From Pseudomonas aeruginosa (lineage in GTDB: Bacteria; Pseudomonadota; Gammaproteobacteria; Pseudomonadales; Pseudomonadaceae): a stretch of 32,000 nt of DNA. Below the pieces are notes generated by a model. It was not told where the DNA came from. It saw only the letters and a program-made list of their open reading frames with translations, and made no database searches. Positions within the stretch are counted from its first letter, which is position 1, and each line of letters opens with the position of its first letter. Location: NCBI RefSeq assembly GCF_001457615.1, contig NZ_LN831024.1:750001-782000 (forward strand), read 5' to 3'. A program made the translations under genes and the position numbers. Positions 29,507 to 32,000 of the stretch are shown here, piece after piece.

Positions 29507-32000
29507 GCCTTGTTCACCAGCAGATCGGCCTCGGCCAGTTGCCGGCTGCGCGGGCTCTTGTCGACTTCCGCGTGGTTGCGCGCCAGCAGGGTATAGACGG
29601 TGGGCAGCACGAACAGGGTGAAGAGGGTGCCGACCAGCATCCCGGAGACGATCACCACGCCCAGGCCGAAGCGGCTGGCGGCGCCGGCGCCGCTGGCGAA
29701 GAGCAGCGGCACCAGGCCGAAGACCATTGCCGCGGTGGTCATCAGCACCGGCCGCAGGCGGATCTGCGCGGCGCGCAGGATCGCCGCGCGGCGGTCGAGG
29801 CGCTCGTGGAGTTGCAGTTCGTTGGCGAACTCGACCATGAGGATGCCGTGCTTGCTGATCAGGCCGATCAGGGTGACCAGGCCGATCTGCGTATAGATGT
29901 TCATCGTCGCGTAGCCCAGCGCCAGCGGCAGCAGCGCGCCGCAGATCGACAGCGGCACGGTGATCAGGATGATCAGCGGGTCGGCCAGGCTCTCGTACTG
30001 CGCGGCGAGCACCAGGTAGATCACCACCAGGGCGGCGAGGAAGGCGAACACCAGGGTGTTGCCTTCCTGGGTGTATTGCCGCGAGTCGGATTGCCAGTCG
30101 TGGCTGAAGCCGGCCGGCAGGCCGCGCGCCACGTCGTCGAGGAAGGCCACCGCCTGGCCCATGGAGACGCCGGGCGCGGGGATCGCCTGGAGGGTCGCGG
30201 CGTTCTGCTGGTCGAACTGGATCAGCTTGTTCGGTTCGACCTGAAGCTCCACCCGGACCACCGTCGACAGCGGCACCAGGTTGCCGTCCTGGGTGCGCAC
30301 GAACTGTCGTGCCAGCGCTTGCGGAGTGAAACGCTGGTCGCGCAGGCTCTGTGGGATCACGTCGTAGGAGCGGCCCTCCATGCCGAAGCGGTTGACGTAG
30401 TTCTCGCCCACCAGCACCGCCAGCGACTCGCCGATGTCCTGCATGCGGATGCCCAGGCTGTTGGCCTTGGCGCGGTCGATGCGGACCTGGACCACCGGGT
30501 TGTTGTAGTCGAGGTCGCTGTCGACCACCACGAACAGCCCGCTCTGTCGGGCCTTCTGCTTGATCTCTTCCATGGTCCGGTAGAGCACCGGATAGTCCTG
30601 CGGGCTGCGCAGCACCATCTGCACCGGCAGGCCGCCGGTGGAGCCGGGCAGGGCGGCCAACTGGAAGGCGAAGATGCTGCTGCCCTCGACATCGCCGACC
30701 TTGCCTTGCAGCTCGGACTGGATCGCCGAGGCGTCGCGCTCGCGCTTTTCCCAGGCCGCCAGGTTGATCCCGCCGAAGCTCGCCGCCGGTCCGTCGGTGC
30801 CGTTGATGATCCAGGTGCTCACGGTTTCCGGGATGCTGGTGTAGACCTGGTCGAGCTTGCGCGCGAACAGTTCGACATAGTCGAGGTTGGCGTGCTGCGG
30901 CGCCTTGATCGCGGTGAGCACCGCGGCCTGGTCCTCGGTCGGCGCCAGTTCGCGCTTGGGCATCGAATACAGCAGCGGCAGGCTGATGCACACCAGCAAT
31001 GCCAGGCCGCCGGTCAGCCAGCGGTGGCCCAGGGAGAACTCCAGGACCTGCCCGTAGCGCCGCGTCAGGCCGCCGAAGAACCACTCGGCGGCGCGGCCCA
31101 TGCGCCCCTCGTTCTGGTGCGCCTGGAGCAGCAGCGAACTCATCACCGGCGACAGGGTCAGCGCCACCACCCCGGACACGATCACCGCGCCCGCCAGGGT
31201 CAGGGCGAACTCGCGGAACAGCGCGCCGGTGAGGCCGCCCATCAGGCCGATGGGGGTGTACACGGCGGCCAGGGTGATGGTCATGGCGATCACCGGGCCG
31301 GCCACTTCGCGGGCGCCGATCAGCGCCGCCGCCACCGGCGACTTGCCTTCCTCGATGTGGCGGTGGACGTTCTCCACCACCACGATGGCGTCGTCCACCA
31401 CCAGCCCGATGGCCAGCACCATCGCCAGCAGGGTCAGCAGGTTGACGCTGAAGCCGAAGGCCAGCATCAGCGCGGCGGCGCCGAGCATCGACAGGGGAAT
31501 GGTCGCCACCGGGATCAGCACGCTGCGCAGCGAGCCGAGGCAGAGGTAGATCACCAGCACCACGATCAGCAGCGCTTCCACCAGGGTCCGCACCACCTCG
31601 TCGATGGAGGCCTGGATGAAGCGCGAAGTCTCGTAGGCGAGGTCGACGCGGACATCCGGCGGCAGGGTCTTCTGGATCTCCGGCAGCAGCTTGCGGATGC
31701 CGTCGACGATCACCAGCGGGTTGCCGGTGGGCGTCGGGAACAACCCCAGGTGCACCGCCGGGTCGCCGTCCATCAGTGCGCTGGTCTCGGTGGCCGCGGC
31801 GCCCAGTTCGACGGTACCGACGTCGCGCAGGCGCACCAGGCCGTTGCCATCGTTGCGGATGACCATCTCGCGGAAGTCGTCGACGTTGGTCAGGTCGGTG
31901 TTGACCCGCACGTTGGACAGCACGTACTGCCCCTTCACCATCCCCGGCGCCGCCTGGTAGTTGTTGCGGCGGATCGCCTCGGCCACGTCGGAGGCGGTCA
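29503..32000 (-). CDS. mexI: MexI, RND efflux pump inner-membrane subunit; 5' end lies outside the window
   Basis: Open frame to the window edge; RND motifs including GLVVDDAIVVVENVHRHIEEG, TLYTLFVLPTVYTLLA-type C-terminus, and linkage to opmD. Confidence 0.94.
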   Translation of the reverse strand, partial: TASDVAEAIRRNNYQAAPGMVKGQYVLSNVRVNTDLTNVDDFREMVIRNDGNGLVRLRDVGTVELGAAATETSALMDGDPAVHLGLFPTPTGNPLVIVDGIRKLLPEIQKTLPPDVRVDLAYETSRFIQASIDEVVRTLVEALLIVVLVIYLCLGSLRSVLIPVATIPLSMLGAAALMLAFGFSVNLLTLLAMVLAIGLVVDDAIVVVENVHRHIEEGKSPVAAALIGAREVAGPVIAMTITLAAVYTPIGLMGGLTGALFREFALTLAGAVIVSGVVALTLSPVMSSLLLQAHQNEGRMGRAAEWFFGGLTRRYGQVLEFSLGHRWLTGGLALLVCISLPLLYSMPKRELAPTEDQAAVLTAIKAPQHANLDYVELFARKLDQVYTSIPETVSTWIINGTDGPAASFGGINLAAWEKRERDASAIQSELQGKVGDVEGSSIFAFQLAALPGSTGGLPVQMVLRSPQDYPVLYRTMEEIKQKARQSGLFVVVDSDLDYNNPVVQVRIDRAKANSLGIRMQDIGESLAVLVGENYVNRFGMEGRSYDVIPQSLRDQRFTPQALARQFVRTQDGNLVPLSTVVRVELQVEPNKLIQFDQQNAATLQAIPAPGVSMGQAVAFLDDVARGLPAGFSHDWQSDSRQYTQEGNTLVFAFLAALVVIYLVLAAQYESLADPLIILITVPLSICGALLPLALGYATMNIYTQIGLVTLIGLISKHGILMVEFANELQLHERLDRRAAILRAAQIRLRPVLMTTAAMVFGLVPLLFASGAGAASRFGLGVVIVSGMLVGTLFTLFVLPTVYTLLARNHAEVDKSPRSRQLAEADLLVNKA

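Noticed and set aside
28043-31084. 1013-aa ORF ending with OpmD
   Set aside because: Upstream extension is a frame-shifted reading of mexI; OpmD starts at 29506 with a signal peptide and lipobox.

Overview
This window is the Pseudomonas aeruginosa pyochelin / phenazine-1 chromosomal region, recognised from protein sequence and gene order. On the + strand: the 3' part of pchE, then pchF, pchG, pchH and pchI in a tightly overlapping operon; a Fur-box intergenic region; then fptA, fptB, fptC and fptX. On the - strand: phzS, then the phz1 operon phzA1-B1-C1-D1-E1-F1-G1 (read right to left). phzM is on the + strand, and opmD and the 3' part of mexI are on the - strand. I see no evidence of a wholly new system. 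The most notable sequence-level observation is an apparent 1-nt deletion (a +1-type frame change) in phzD1 near 23787-23793, splitting the isochorismatase ORF. Other observations worth a look: a Cys in place of Ser at the nucleophile position of the PchF thioesterase (GYCSG); the degenerate methyltransferase-like epimerase embedded in the PchE adenylation domain; a cluster of perfect inverted repeats between convergent fptX and phzS; a REP-like palindromic and direct repeat between phzG1 and phzS; a las/rhl (lux-type) box at 26702-26721 followed by a long structured leader containing a 67-codon ORF whose stop overlaps the phzA1 start; and a 10-bp gap between convergent phzM and opmD. All assignments are from recall of families and from reading the sequence; no searches were run.
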